A stretch of 64,000 bases of DNA from Octopus vulgaris. Taxonomy: Eukaryota. Positions within the stretch are counted from its first letter, which is position 1; every line of letters begins with the position of its first letter. A model generated the notes under the pieces. The model did not search any database. It was given only the letters and a program-made list of their open reading frames with translations, and was not told the origin of the DNA. The stretch is taken from positions 20,522,001-20,586,000 of the forward strand of contig OX597834.1 in assembly GCA_951406725.2 (NCBI GenBank), given 5' to 3'. A program made the position numbers and the translations under genes. This document shows, in pieces, positions 51,202 to 63,644 of the stretch.

Positions 51202-51402
51202 GGGAGAGTTTACGAAAAAAACAAAAGACGAAGACAGGTGGTGTACAAAGCAAAGAGATGTATTAGTATAACTCTCAGGAATAGAAAAAGTCTTTTACAT
51301 TTCGAGCCTATGCTCTTCTACAGAAAGGGACACAGAAAAAACAAAGAGAGAAACAAAGAGAGAAAAAAATGTGTGTAGTGGCTAACGATCTATCATGGCG
51401 TC
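51201..51402 (-). mobile_element. TA-embedded Penelope-like pseudo-LTR repeat
   Basis: Flanked by (TA)n on both sides, second partial copy at 18851-18961, carries a hammerhead-like motif. Confidence 0.6.
51292..51327 (-). ncRNA. Ultra-minimal hammerhead-like motif
   Basis: Minus strand: CTTT-CTGTAGA-A-GAGC/ATAG/GCTC-GAAAT-GTA-AAAG. Stems I and II are perfect; core variant CUGUAGA. Confidence 0.55.
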
Positions 51403-51419
51403 TAATATATATATATATT

Positions 51420-51720
51420 ACATGTTTAAGTCATTTGACTGCGACCATGCTGGAGCACTGCCTTAAAGGATTCCAATCGAACAAAGTGATCCAAGGCTTA
51501 CCTTTTGTAAGACTGGTACTTATTAGTCCCTTTTGCTGAACTACTAAGTTATGGGGACATAAATACATCAACATCAGTTGTCAAGCAATGGTAGGGAGAC
51601 AAAAACACACAAAGACACACACGCACACACATAAATATATATATATATGCACACACACACACACACATATATATGATGGGCTTCTTTCAGTTTCCATCTA
51701 TCAAATCCGCTCACAAGGCT
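51420..51720 (-). mobile_element. SINE family A, 3' part
   Basis: Reverse-complement tail and body. Confidence 0.8.
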
Positions 51721-51740
51721 TATTAATTACATCTTTTGGG

Positions 51741-51772
51741 TACATGTTTCAGTCCATTGGTGGTGTCATCAG
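51741..51772 (-). ncRNA. Hammerhead-like core, stems decayed
   Basis: Minus strand: CTGATGA-CACCACCAATGGACT-GAAAC-AT-GTA. Palindrome ACATGT; stem I not paired. Confidence 0.4.
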
Positions 51773-52102
51773 CTTATCACCTGTTGTGGTACCATTAGCT
51801 TTCTTTAGAATTTTTGCTATTTGGTTATAATTTTTGAAGGATGCCCACAATAAATGGGCAGGATGGTCAAGGATGGAACATCTTTTGACTGTATCTCTAC
51901 CATATCAGTGCTGAATAGGGACTAATCAATTACAACCACAACAACTGTATCAGCAACAATAAGTGACAGTGTAAGAATTGATGTTTTCAAAATATTGTTG
52001 TAAACCAAAATTATTTTGTTGTGTTTAGAAAATGGTTTCCCACTAAGTAGGAACCATTTTGACAAATATTTCTTAGTTTATTCTTGCTCATTTATGCAAA
52101 CC

Positions 52103-52149
<47 letters not shown>

Positions 52150-52640
52150 GTTAGCAAAAAAATAATAATAATAATAAAAAGAAAACAATATACTTTAAGT
52201 AAAATACAATTAAAATCAGTTAATGATTTTTTTTTAAATGTGTATGCATGCATATACATATATAGAAATGTACGTGTGTGTGTGTTTCAGTGCAGGTGTA
52301 TATATATATATGTGTTTGTATATATGTGTGGGCATATATATATATTTGTATATATTCATGTGTGTGTATGTGCATGTATATATATGTATGTGTGAATATG
52401 AGCGTATATATGTGTATGCATGCATATTTATATGTGTGTGTGTGTATCTATATATATATATAGATATAGATAGATAGATAGATAGTTAGACATACATATG
52501 TATGTATATGTATATGCACAAATCTGTGTGTATATGCTGATATATGTGTTTATATATATACATATATCTATCTACCTGTATATATGTATATATACATACA
52601 TATGCAATTATGTGTGCATACAAATATATAAACGTACGTT

Positions 52641-52671
<31 letters not shown>

Positions 52672-53484
52672 ATATATATACATAGTGTGTATATATGTAT
52701 ATGCATACATTTGTTTGTGTGTGGGGTAGGGGAAACACTCCTGTATTAAAATGGCACCAATTTCTGAAAATCTCTGCAAGTCTGTGCTTAATAATTGAAT
52801 AAAAAGTGTCTGGTTTTGTGGTGGGAGGTGGTGGAATTGTCGTTCTTCCAAAATTACATTTCGAAATCTTTTAAAAACTTTTGATTTTGTAATTGAAATG
52901 AGAAATATTTTTACTTCGTTTATTTTAGTGAAATTAATATCATTGGTACTTGAAGACATGTATATGTGTGTGTATTTGTGTAAGTGTGTGTGAGGGTGCA
53001 TGGCCTAATAGTTAGGGAGTTGTATACATGATTGTAGGTTCAGTTCCTGGCCCTGGATGTCCAATGTGCTCGTGAGAAAACACTTCATTACATATTGGTC
53101 TGCAATCATTTCAGTGCTTAAAGTGCGAGACACCTGTGCCCCTGGACAGGCAATGTCAGTCTGATGGAGGAAGTGAGCTAATGTTCAGTACAAACATTTG
53201 ATCACTATGAACGAATCATCTATACTGGTTGTTCAGCAAAATTTGTAGAATTGTCTTTCTTGGACAATGAGAGACTGCTTTCTTATGTCTGTGTGTGTAT
53301 GTGTGTGTCTATGTATATAAATATATATTTATATATATGAATTAAGTATGTGTTTAAATACATATTTATATACAGGGACATATATATATATATATATGAA
53401 GATTTAGGTGTAGTGAAGGTGCATGCCCCAACATTAGACTTATAAGCTTTAAGCTTATAATTATTATTATTTACAGAATATATA

Positions 53485-53900
53485 ATGGCTGTGTGGTAAG
53501 AAGCTTGCTTTCCAACCACATGGTTTTGCGTTCAATCCCACTGCATGGCACCCTGGGCAAATGTCTTATGCTATAACCTCAGACCAACCAAAGCCTTGTG
53601 AGTGGGTTTGGTAGATGGAAACTGAAAAAAGGAAACTGAAAGAAGCCATATATATATATATATGTATGTATGTATTTGTGTGTCTGTGTTTGCCCCCCAA
53701 CCACCCACCCACCATCGCTTGGCACCAATGTTGGAGTGTTTACATCCACGTAACTTAGCAGTTTTGCAAAAGAGACCGATAGTACTGGGCTGATAGATCG
53801 ATAGTACTAGAATAAGTCCTGGGGGTCAATTTGTTTGACTTAGAGGCGGTGGTCCAGCATGGCCACGGTCAAATGATTGAAAAAAGTAAAAGAATAAAAG
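53485..53900 (+). mobile_element. SINE family A
   Basis: Head, body and AAGTAAAAGAATAAAAG tail. Confidence 0.88.
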
Positions 53901-53912
53901 ACTACATATATA

Positions 53913-54427
53913 TCTATATATATAAAACTGTAGTTGTGTGAGTGTCTGTCCCCTTCGATTTAGATTCCTAACTCCTCCCACATTTTGCGGTGCAGTTTAA
54001 CCAAATTCGGGTATCTTATAGTCGTGATTCATATCGAGCCCGTCTGACTATTAGCGCGTGTCAACGATGAGTCTACGATTTTAAAAATAATTTAACATCA
54101 TTTTTTATTCCATTTTAATGCATAAAATGCATCGTATATCGATGGCGGCGGAGTTGGCGTCCACACTCACAGCTGCACCTGTTTGCTTCTCCCCCTTCTT
54201 CCCTCCCTCGTGAAGCTGTGGGGAAGGGAGTGTAAAGAAATCAACGTCGTAAAGCGTTGTCAAGGAGACCAGCGTTCTTTTAGAACAACGACTTCATGGC
54301 TTGAAGACACCAAAACAGAAATGGCTAAGAAAGCCCGAATTGGCATCTATAAGGGAAGTAACTCTCTAAAAATGCTTATATAGTTATTTCCCTTACAAAC
54401 CCGAGCAACGCCGGGCGATACTGCTAG
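53913..54427 (+). mobile_element. Non-autonomous Helitron (515 bp)
   Basis: 5' end A|TCTATATATATAAAAC; subterminal hairpin CCCGAGCAACGCCGGG (54400-54415); 3' end CTAG|T; no TSD; CpG-rich. Confidence 0.88.
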
Positions 54428-55627
54428 TATTCTATAAATATCTAATTCCATATTTAATTCCATCACAGCTCCCTCTAAAGAGCACAGGGCTACATAACCC
54501 CTAGTGTAAAACCAACTGGTAAGATCAGTTGTAATGGATATAATAAGTATACTTCCGTTATATATATATATGTGTGTGTTCGCAGAAGCATTATTTGTAT
54601 GTTGTGAGGAGCATGCATGTTTGTGTGTGAATGTATGCAATCTGTGACTAAAACTGGTGACAATTGTTTACATTCCATGTCATCTGCTAGCTTTGTCTTT
54701 TTGTATTGTTAAAAACTGCTTAAAGGTTCCACAACCGGAAGACCATCCACCCATAAAACCATTGCACCATAACAACCATAATGCTGTTCCCTTAACGGGT
54801 TGGCAATCAGCAGTGATGGCCACATCAGGACCCATTTTCTTATCTCAGTTTACAATTTGACTCTCTCACTCTTGCTCCATGACTAGCGAGAACAAAGGAA
54901 AATGTTAGGATGACCCAACCGAAGCAAGGTTTTGGGAATGTAAAACAAGAAACAGAACTATTGCTTGGCATTTTGATGTTATATAAACTCAGCTGCTGAA
55001 CATGATGCAGTACAAACAATTGCACACACATACACACACACATACAAATGCTCATGCACATTTAATTTGCACAAATACATATGTATTTACCTGTGCACGC
55101 AAACATGAACCAAACACAATCTATATTCCGATATGCAATGGAAAAAATAAAATAAAATAAACCAGAAAAAAAAGCCAACAACACCAAGCTTAGAAATTCA
55201 AAGTTAATTAATCAAGTATGATTACTTTTAATTAGCACTGATTTCTATAAAATGAAAGTAAATGTGTTATAAATTATGCCTTTCCGAAAACGAAGAGGAA
55301 GAGAATTGCTCATCCCTTGAGCATTTTCACTTTGTGTTGCATGCATAGAATACGTTGCATGCAACATTTAACTAATGGTAATGCTCCTTAACTGGGTGTT
55401 TATGGGGGTGTTAAGGAATCCTTGTCAATAAAAGAGTTCTTCTTTTGTGTGGTATTAAACTTCAGTGAAGCACACTCGGTTCCAAGCCCAACTTTAGCCA
55501 CTCATATTGATAACAGAGGGAGCCCCTTTGTATGTATTTATATATGTCTGTAGGTATCTATTATATGTGCATGTGTATATACATATGTATATGTTTATAT
55601 ATATACATGCTTACTCACACAAATATA

Positions 55628-55845
55628 TGTATGATGTGGTATCAAAAGGTTCCTGGATTAGTTATGTTTCATAAATGTAACTTATTTGCCTTAAGCTTTA
55701 ACATCATCTCCTTCAAAATAGTTACCTTGCACAGCAATACACTGGTTCCAGCCTTTCTATCTCTTTTGGAATCAGTCCTGGAAGTCGTTTTCCATAAGCA
55801 AGTCGAGGGTCTTCTATGATTCACTCTAGATCTTGACAATGGTCA
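55628..55845 (-). mobile_element. Mariner transposase 3' fragment with TIR remnant
   Basis: Minus translation ENDFQD*FQKR*KGWNQCIAVQGNYFEGDD matches the mariner C-terminal W..CI...G.YFE motif. Confidence 0.8.
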
Positions 55846-55849
55846 TTTG

Positions 55850-56820
55850 TCATAGCCTCTGTGAGGCCCAACACTTGAAAGGTGCTTTTTACATGCCACT
55901 GGCACCTGAGACTGATAACAACCACAGCTCTGGTTTCACTTGGCTTGCCTGGTCTTCTCAAGTATGACAGGTGTTTTTTTTATGTTCCACCAGCACAGGT
56001 GCCAGCTATGTGACACCAACAATGGCCACAACTATGATTTCCCTCTGCTTGACAGTTCTTCTGAAGCATAGCATTTCGCCAAAGGGCTCGGTCGTTTGTC
56101 ATTGCCTCCATGAGGCCCGGTGTTTGAAGATCATGCTTCACCACTTTGGCCCATGTCTTCCTGGGTATCTTCTCTTCCACAGCTTCCCTCTACTGTTAGA
56201 AATTGGCACTTCTTCACACAGCTGTCCTCATCCATACACATGACATGACCATATCTATGCAGTCATCTCTCTTGCACACCACATCTGATGCCTCTTACGC
56301 CCAACTTTTCTCTCAAGATGCTTACATTCTGTTGTACATGCACATTGGCATTGCACATCCAGCGAAGCATACTGGATTCATTTCTTGCAAGCCTATTCAT
56401 GTCGTCAGAAGTCACAGCCCATGTTTCATTGTCATGAAGCATGGCTGTTCACACATTGATGTCATACAATCTGCCTTTCACTCTGAGGGAGAAGCCCTTT
56501 TGTTACCAACAGAAGAAGCATCTGTCTGAATTTTGCCCAGCCTTTTCTTATTCTAGCAGCTATGCTCTCACAGCATCCACCCCTGCTAATGACTTTCTCA
56601 CCTAAGTAACAGAAGCTATCAACTACTCCTAGCTTTGCCCCCTGGCATTTGATGGAGTCTATTTTCTGTACATTTTCAGTGTTTATTATATTTGAGCATC
56701 TTCCACACACTAAAACAATCTTCTCAGTTAACCTTCCTCTGACATTGCTGCACCTCTTATTTGTCCATAGCTTACGCCAGGTACATCTTACAGGGTTTCT
56801 ACATTTTACCCGCAATTTCC
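55850..56820 (-). mobile_element. RTE-clade LINE fragment (RT C-terminal region, decayed)
   Basis: ..VVDSFCYLG..SIAARIRKGWAKFR.. then ETWAVT..MLRWMC..YGHVM..PRKTWAKVVKHDL..DRALWR, with stops and frameshifts. Confidence 0.9.
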
Positions 56821-57404
56821 ATAACCACTGGCCCAGCGCTAAATTTATTTGAAGGCATTGTTGTTTTTGCTGGTATTGTTGTCGATGATGATGACGATGT
56901 TAGTATTATTATATGATTATCATACTCTCTTTTTTGTCTTTTACACTGGAATATAATACCAAAGTATATCATCATATGTGTATGACCAGATCAATGATAC
57001 ACACCTATCTATCTGCCTACCGACCCACCAACCTATGCACAACTGTGTGTGTATATATATATATATATGTGTGTATATATAGAAAAAAAGAGAGAGAGAG
57101 ACACACAGACACATATATATATATACATATATATATGTATGTACATATATATGTATATATATATATGTAAGTATGTATGTGTATATATATTATATATATT
57201 TATATATTATGTATGTATGTATATATATATATATATATATATATACACGTATATATGTGTATATATGTATGTATATATATATGTATATATGTGTGTATAT
57301 ATGTTTATATATATTTATATATGTGTATATATATTATATATGTATATACGTGTTTATATATGTATATATATGTATCTATATGTATATTTATACACATATA
57401 GATG

Positions 57405-57479
<75 letters not shown>

Positions 57480-57634
57480 CTGTGTATATATATTTACATA
57501 TATATTCTACTGTTTCGCAAAACACGATCATTGGAATTTACAACCTAACATTGGAACAACAATCGACAGCGACAGTCGCATTTAATTCCTTCCATGATTT
57601 ACAAGCTGTATCAAATCCGCATTTACAATTTCAG

Positions 57635-57697
57635 CTACAAGTCTGAAATTACATACTCTTGTGTCCCATAAATTATGGAAGCTGTCGTATGGAAATG
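57635..57697 (+). other. Possible 63-nt cassette exon (unverified)
   Basis: ATTTCAG| ... AATG|GTAAGG. One open frame (phase 1-1): [20 protein letters not shown]. No homology recognised. Confidence 0.2.
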
Positions 57698-57927
57698 GTA
57701 AGGTTGATCAAATAAATGGTCTTTCTTCTCTTGGTGAAGTTGTCTGACGCTTTCTCAGTTTGAAAAAATAATTTCATTTCTAAAGTATAATCTCTTTATA
57801 AAATATAGGATTGCGTTCATTCCAAAGACAAAAGTGAAATATCACTTGGTAAACATATTGAATTTTGTTTTGTGTAGTCTGTCTGTTTGTGTATGTATGT
57901 ATGTATGTATGTATGTATGTACATATG

Positions 57928-57987
<60 letters not shown>

Positions 57988-58309
57988 AACACATATATAC
58001 ATTCATATGTTTGCGTGTATATACATATATATATGTATATATATATATGTGTGTGTGTGTGTGTATGTATATATATGTTTGTGTGTGTGTGTATGTGTGT
58101 GTATATGTATATATATTGGTGTGTATATATACATAAGTGTCATCATCATCATTTAAGGTGTTCATGTATGTATCATCATATATATAAATAATTGATATTC
58201 TGTTTAGGTAGTTACTTAAGTTGAACCACCAAGTCAGTCCAGTATTATCCGTACAGCCCAAAGTGAGGTGAATAAAATCGAAATAAGCAACAGGATATCA
58301 AGTAGTGAT

Positions 58310-58393
58310 ACACTACAACTGTTTCAAGCAGCTCCATTTCATTGAACAATGCAATAATTACATCCATTTAAATGCAGTGCTATCTTCAGCTGC
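58310..58393 (-). ncRNA. Hammerhead-like motif, same family as 44276-44362
   Basis: Minus strand: GCAG-CTGAAGA-TAGCA..long loop..TGCTT-GAAAC-AGTT-GTA-GTGT. Flank and loop II (CATCCATTT) resemble the 44.3 kb copy. Confidence 0.55.
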
Positions 58394-58419
58394 CTAAATA
58401 AATAAATGGAAGTTTTGTA

Positions 58420-58730
58420 ACTTGGTACTTATTCAATCAATCATTTGTGCTGAACTGCCAAGTTATGGGACACAAACACACCAACACAGGTTATCAAGCA
58501 GTGCAAGGGGGACAATCACAGACACACATAGATACATACATACATACATACATAATATATATATATATATATACATGACAGGCTTCTTTCACCTTCCATT
58601 TATCAAATACACTCACAAGGCTTTGGTTGGCCTGTGGCTGTAGAAGAAGACACTTGCCCAAGGTGCCATGCAATAGGACTGAACCTGGAAACATATGGTT
58701 GGAAAGCAAGCTTCTTACCACACAGGCACA
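58420..58730 (-). mobile_element. SINE family A
   Basis: Reverse-complement body and head. Confidence 0.85.
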
Positions 58731-60531
58731 CGAATTCTGTGTTAGTATATTTTTTTCTTTATAATTCCTTAATTTCAATTGTCAAGTTTCAAATCTACTT
58801 TGAATTGTGAGGAAATGATTCTGTCCCCTGAAATAGCTGTGACCAGTAGAGTGAGGATGCATATGTGTGTGTGTGTGTGTGTGTGTATCATGACAGTCCC
58901 CTCTCAACCAAGGAAGACCATTTCTGACCACTGCCCATAGAAAATGCCACTAATACCCCTGCCACAGTTTATTGCACCCAGAGTCATCTTGTATGCCAGA
59001 AAATACAGCAACTTCCTTTTGTGGCTTGAAACTCTTTACCATGACCAAACTTCAAAATGGTTTTATCATGGAACTGGCAATAGAACGTGGGGGAGGGACT
59101 TGTCTTTTATCTCCTTCCTAGGTCTTTAATGTGCCGATAATTATTCACCATCTTTGTTATATTCGATGCCAAGCATGGAAATGTTTGGTTGGTTCCTTAG
59201 ATTTTTCTAAATCTTCATACTCAAAAGCCTTTCCCCATGACATCCAATAGCTTTGGAACTCCTACCTGACTTCATTATACAGGTGTGTCCATAAATGTGT
59301 ACGTGTACCTGAAGGTATATGTGTGTTTGTGTCAGTGTGTACTTGTGTGAGTAGAAGTGTTTGTTTCTTTGAATTTTTTTTATCCTTTCTTTAATATATT
59401 AAGGAGGCATATTTACGCAGATTAATGTGTATTTATGCAGAGATGCATACATTATATATATATATATATATATATATATAAGAGGGTGTGTATGTTCATA
59501 GATCTACAGTCAACAGGTGTGTGCATATACAAATACATATATATATATATATACGTATATATGTATATATGTTTACACGTACTTATTTTTTGTAATACTC
59601 ACACGCACACAAATATAACATACATGCATATACATTCATAAATATGTTTTTTAATATATGTATGCATATGTATGCACATAAGTCTCTATACAAACATGTA
59701 TGAGTATTTGCACATGTGTATGTATATGAGTATATATATATATATATATATATATACGGCACACACACACAAATGTGTCTATAAGCATACTTGTATATGT
59801 ACATATATTTACGCATATATACATTAACATATATATGTGCACACACACACACATGTATATACATATACCACACATCCACACACAATCCCATAAGCAAGCA
59901 CACATATGCGAGTTACATTTTTTCGTCACCGCTTTCAAAATATTTTTATTTATGCAAACAAACACACGCACTTATATGCATGCATATATATACACACATA
60001 TATATATGTGTGTGTTTGTCTGCACATTAAAATTTTTATAAAAAGACATTATCGATATTCTCTTTGAAGTCAAAAAAATCCAAAGCTCATAGATATGGTT
60101 CCTTTACGTTTATCTTCATCTTTCATTTCTTCCCATATTATTCAAATCGCCCGCGATGAGATGAAACATCTTTTGAAGATTCCCTGTGCTGGCTCTGTTT
60201 GTTACTATTCATAGGTAAACACAAAGTAATTGACTTACAAACATTCATTATATATACATCCTTACATTATTATATATACATCCTCACACCATTTTATGTA
60301 CATCCTTGACACTCTAGCATAATAAATTCTTACACGCATTTTCAAAAAAAAAAATATACATACATATATATGTATATATATACACACATATATATATATT
60401 GTTTGTGTGTGTGTATATGTGTGTGTGTGTGTAGTTTATCTGTTAATGTGGGTCTATGAAGTTGTCTGTGGTAATACACACACATACAAAGATAAACATG
60501 CACACACACTTATACCTGTACATGCATGTAT

Positions 60532-60578
<47 letters not shown>

Positions 60579-60637
60579 TATATATACTCACACAAACATA
60601 TATATTTATATATACATGCATACATATATAAATATAA

Positions 60638-60680
<43 letters not shown>

Positions 60681-61281
60681 AACTCACAAGCACACACATA
60701 TACTTACATACTTGCATACACACAAACACACACTCACTCACAAACACACATATACATGCACACATACCTGTTGCATAAATACTTCAGCAAACACACACAC
60801 AGACATATGCATGCACACATATATCATATTTAAATTCAATATACATAATTATAATGCTTGTGCACACACACACACATATATAGTCATACACGTGCATACA
60901 CAAATGCACACAGGCACACGCATCAATATTTCCTTCATTATCAAGCATCCACAAACACACATACATACATATTCACTCACACACACACACACACACACAC
61001 ACACATGCACACACGCACAGTCATTCTCATAGAAGCTGACTTTCTATTTAACATGTATTTCTTCGGTGTAACTAAATATGCTACATGGTAACATTTTTAT
61101 GGGAAACATCACACGCTTAATATAATCATGTGGATTAATAAAAGCCCAACACCTTCAAACGACCTTTTCTCCCATCAGAAAATATAATCCTCACCTTGTT
61201 CTCAGGGTGTTGCCCATAGACATCTTAAACTCTGCAGCATCCACATTTATCTGTCAATTGTAATGTTTATTTACTCACAAT

Positions 61282-61752
61282 ACTGGCTTCCGTGTCGGTG
61301 GCACGTAAAAGGCACCATCTGAATCATGGCCGAAGCCAGTGCCGCCTCGACTGGCTTCCGTGCAGGTGGCACGTAAAATACACCAATCCGACCGTGGCCG
61401 ATGCCAGCCTCGCCTGGCACCAGTGCAGGTGGCACGTAAAAGGCACCATCCGAATCATGGCCGAAGCCAGTGCCGCCTCGACTGGCTTCCGTGCAGGTGG
61501 CACGTAAAATGCACCAATCCGACCGTGGCCGATGCCAGCCTCGCCTGGCACCAGTGCAGGTGGCACGTAAAAAGCACCCACTACACTCACGGAGTGGTTG
61601 GCGTTAGGAAGGGGCATCCAGCTGTAGAAACATTGCCAGATCAGACCGGAGCCTGGTGCAGCCTTCTGGCTTCCCAGATCCCCGGTCGAACCATCCAACC
61701 CATGCTAGCATGGAGAACGGACGTTAAACGATGATGATGATGATGATGATGA
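61282..61752 (+). mobile_element. RTE-type LINE 3' UTR with five alternating 68/63-bp units, inserted in a MITE
   Basis: GGTGGCACGTAAAA at 61297, 61365, 61428, 61496 and 61559. Ends GTTAAACGATGATGAT. Confidence 0.88.
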
Positions 61753-61964
61753 ATATTTTGAATTGATCTTGAATTATCTTGTATCTAAGAGATAATGACT
61801 GTTTATTTTTAGAATGACATTGTAGGCTCAGTGAGATAGGTCAGATGTGGTCAGATGTTGAAGTTTATTTTTTAATTAGATTTATTCATTAGCCTGCGGC
61901 CATAGTAGGGAAACCACATTCTTGAATGAGTTTTCTTAACTCAATCAAATTAACCTATATAAAT

Positions 61965-62365
61965 AGTAAGAAGCTTACTTCCCAACCACATGGTTCCGCG
62001 TTCAGTCCCACTGCGTGGCACCTTGGGCAAGTGTCTTCTGCTATAGCCTTAGACTGACCAAAGCCTTGTGAGTGGATTTGGTAGATGGAAGCTGAAAGAA
62101 ACCAATTATATGTGCTTCTGTGTGTGTGTGTGTGTGTGTGTGTTTGTGTCTGTGTTTGTTCCCCTCCTTTCACTGCTTCACAACCGGTCTTGGTGTATTT
62201 GCCGCCTCCCCTCCATAACCTAGCGGTTCAGGAAAAGAGATCAATAGAATAATTATCAGGCTTAAGAAATGAGTCCTGAGGTCAGTTTGTTCGACTAAAA
62301 CCCTTCAAGGCGGTGCTCCAGCATGGCCACAGTCAAACTGCTGAAACAAGTAAAAGAGTAAAAGA
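61965..62365 (+). mobile_element. SINE family A
   Basis: Body and tail motifs. Confidence 0.88.
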
Positions 62366-62594
62366 ACCAAAAACTGAAGATTTAGCCAAAATCTATTTTG
62401 TGAAGAATATGAGGACATTTTGAGGACATCGTGTATGATATTACAGCATTTTTTTTATTGAAGTTCAGTGATGGGAATAATTAGTAATTAAACTGTGGAT
62501 CAGCAATTAGTTTAATGAGAGATTAGTGGAGGGGATGGGGAGTAGATTAAAACAAAAAAATCAGATGCTGTTTGTTGTACATTGTCAAATTTTA

Positions 62595-63200
62595 TGGGGG
62601 GGGGGGAGATAGTGATAGAAAGAAAAAAGGGACAGACAGACAGAGGGAGGGTTAGACAGAGAGAGGGGGACAGAGTGGGTGTGAAACATGAGCAAAGAAA
62701 TGAGATGGGGAGAGAGAGAGAGAGAAAGTTTGGAAGTGAGAAATAGAGAGAGAGAGAGAGAGAAAGAGTGAAAGGGAGAGAGAGCCAGGCTGATAAAATA
62801 AGATCCTGGGACGCAGAAAAAGATAGAGGCAGGGCAAAAAAAGAGATGGACGGATGGACGGACGGACGGACGGACGGACAGTGAGAGGAAAGGAGAGTTA
62901 GAGAGAAGGAGAGTGAGAGATAGAGGCAGAGAGGGAGAGAGGGAGAGTGAGAGATTGGGAGTAAGAGAGAAAAAGAGAGATTTTTAAAAGCCAGTGGGAG
63001 AGAGAGAGAGAGTGAGAGAAAGAAGTTGATAAAGTCAAATGCGGAGGCAGAAAAATGTTAGGAGAGCGACAGATGAAGAAAGAGTTAGATAGAGAGAAAG
63101 AGTGATGAGATTGGAAGAGAGAGGAAGAGGGAGAGAGAGAGACAGAAAAGCAGACAGAAGGTGAGAGAGAAAGCGAAGGACAGAAGGTAAGAAAGGCACA
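62595..63200. repeat. Purine-rich (GA) low-complexity tract
   Basis: Direct inspection. Confidence 0.85.
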
Positions 63201-63224
63201 AAAAAATAACAGGGTGAATAATTT

Positions 63225-63355
63225 CTTTTCTCCTTTAGGCACAAGGCCTGATATTTTGTGGGGGGAGGGGACCAGTTGATTATATCGACCCCAGTATGCA
63301 ACTGGTACTCAATTTATCAACCCCGAAAGGATGAAAGGCAAAGTTGACCTCAGCA
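63225..63355 (-). mobile_element. SINE family B, 3' part
   Basis: GGCACAAGGCC..TCGACCCCAGT..GAAAGGATGAAAGGCAAAGTTGACCTC. Confidence 0.82.
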
Positions 63356-63644
63356 GGGTGAATAATTTCAGTAAAGAGAAATACATAACTTCATGAGAGA
63401 GAGGGGGGTACGAGAAAGACAACGATGATGATGAGGAGGAGGAGGATGATGATGATGATGAGGAGGAGGAGAGAAAGTGACCGAGACAGGCAGAGCTATC
63501 TCACTGTGCAATTGATGGTAATTTCTGGAAATATATTACCAGAGTTTATTCTTTAATTAGTTTTACTCAATGAGCTGTGGCCATGCTGGAGTACCACCTT
63601 CTTGAATGATTTTTTTTTCAACTCAAGTGCTTATATTATTCTTA

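Noticed and set aside
2108-61091. Dozens of YI/CV/HT-rich ORFs
   Set aside because: They are translations of (TA)n, (CA)n and (TG)n microsatellites, open in several frames at once.
61292-61575. CRISPR-like repeat/spacer appearance
   Set aside because: Spacers are themselves repeated, the array lies in a LINE 3' UTR, the context is eukaryotic and there are no cas genes.
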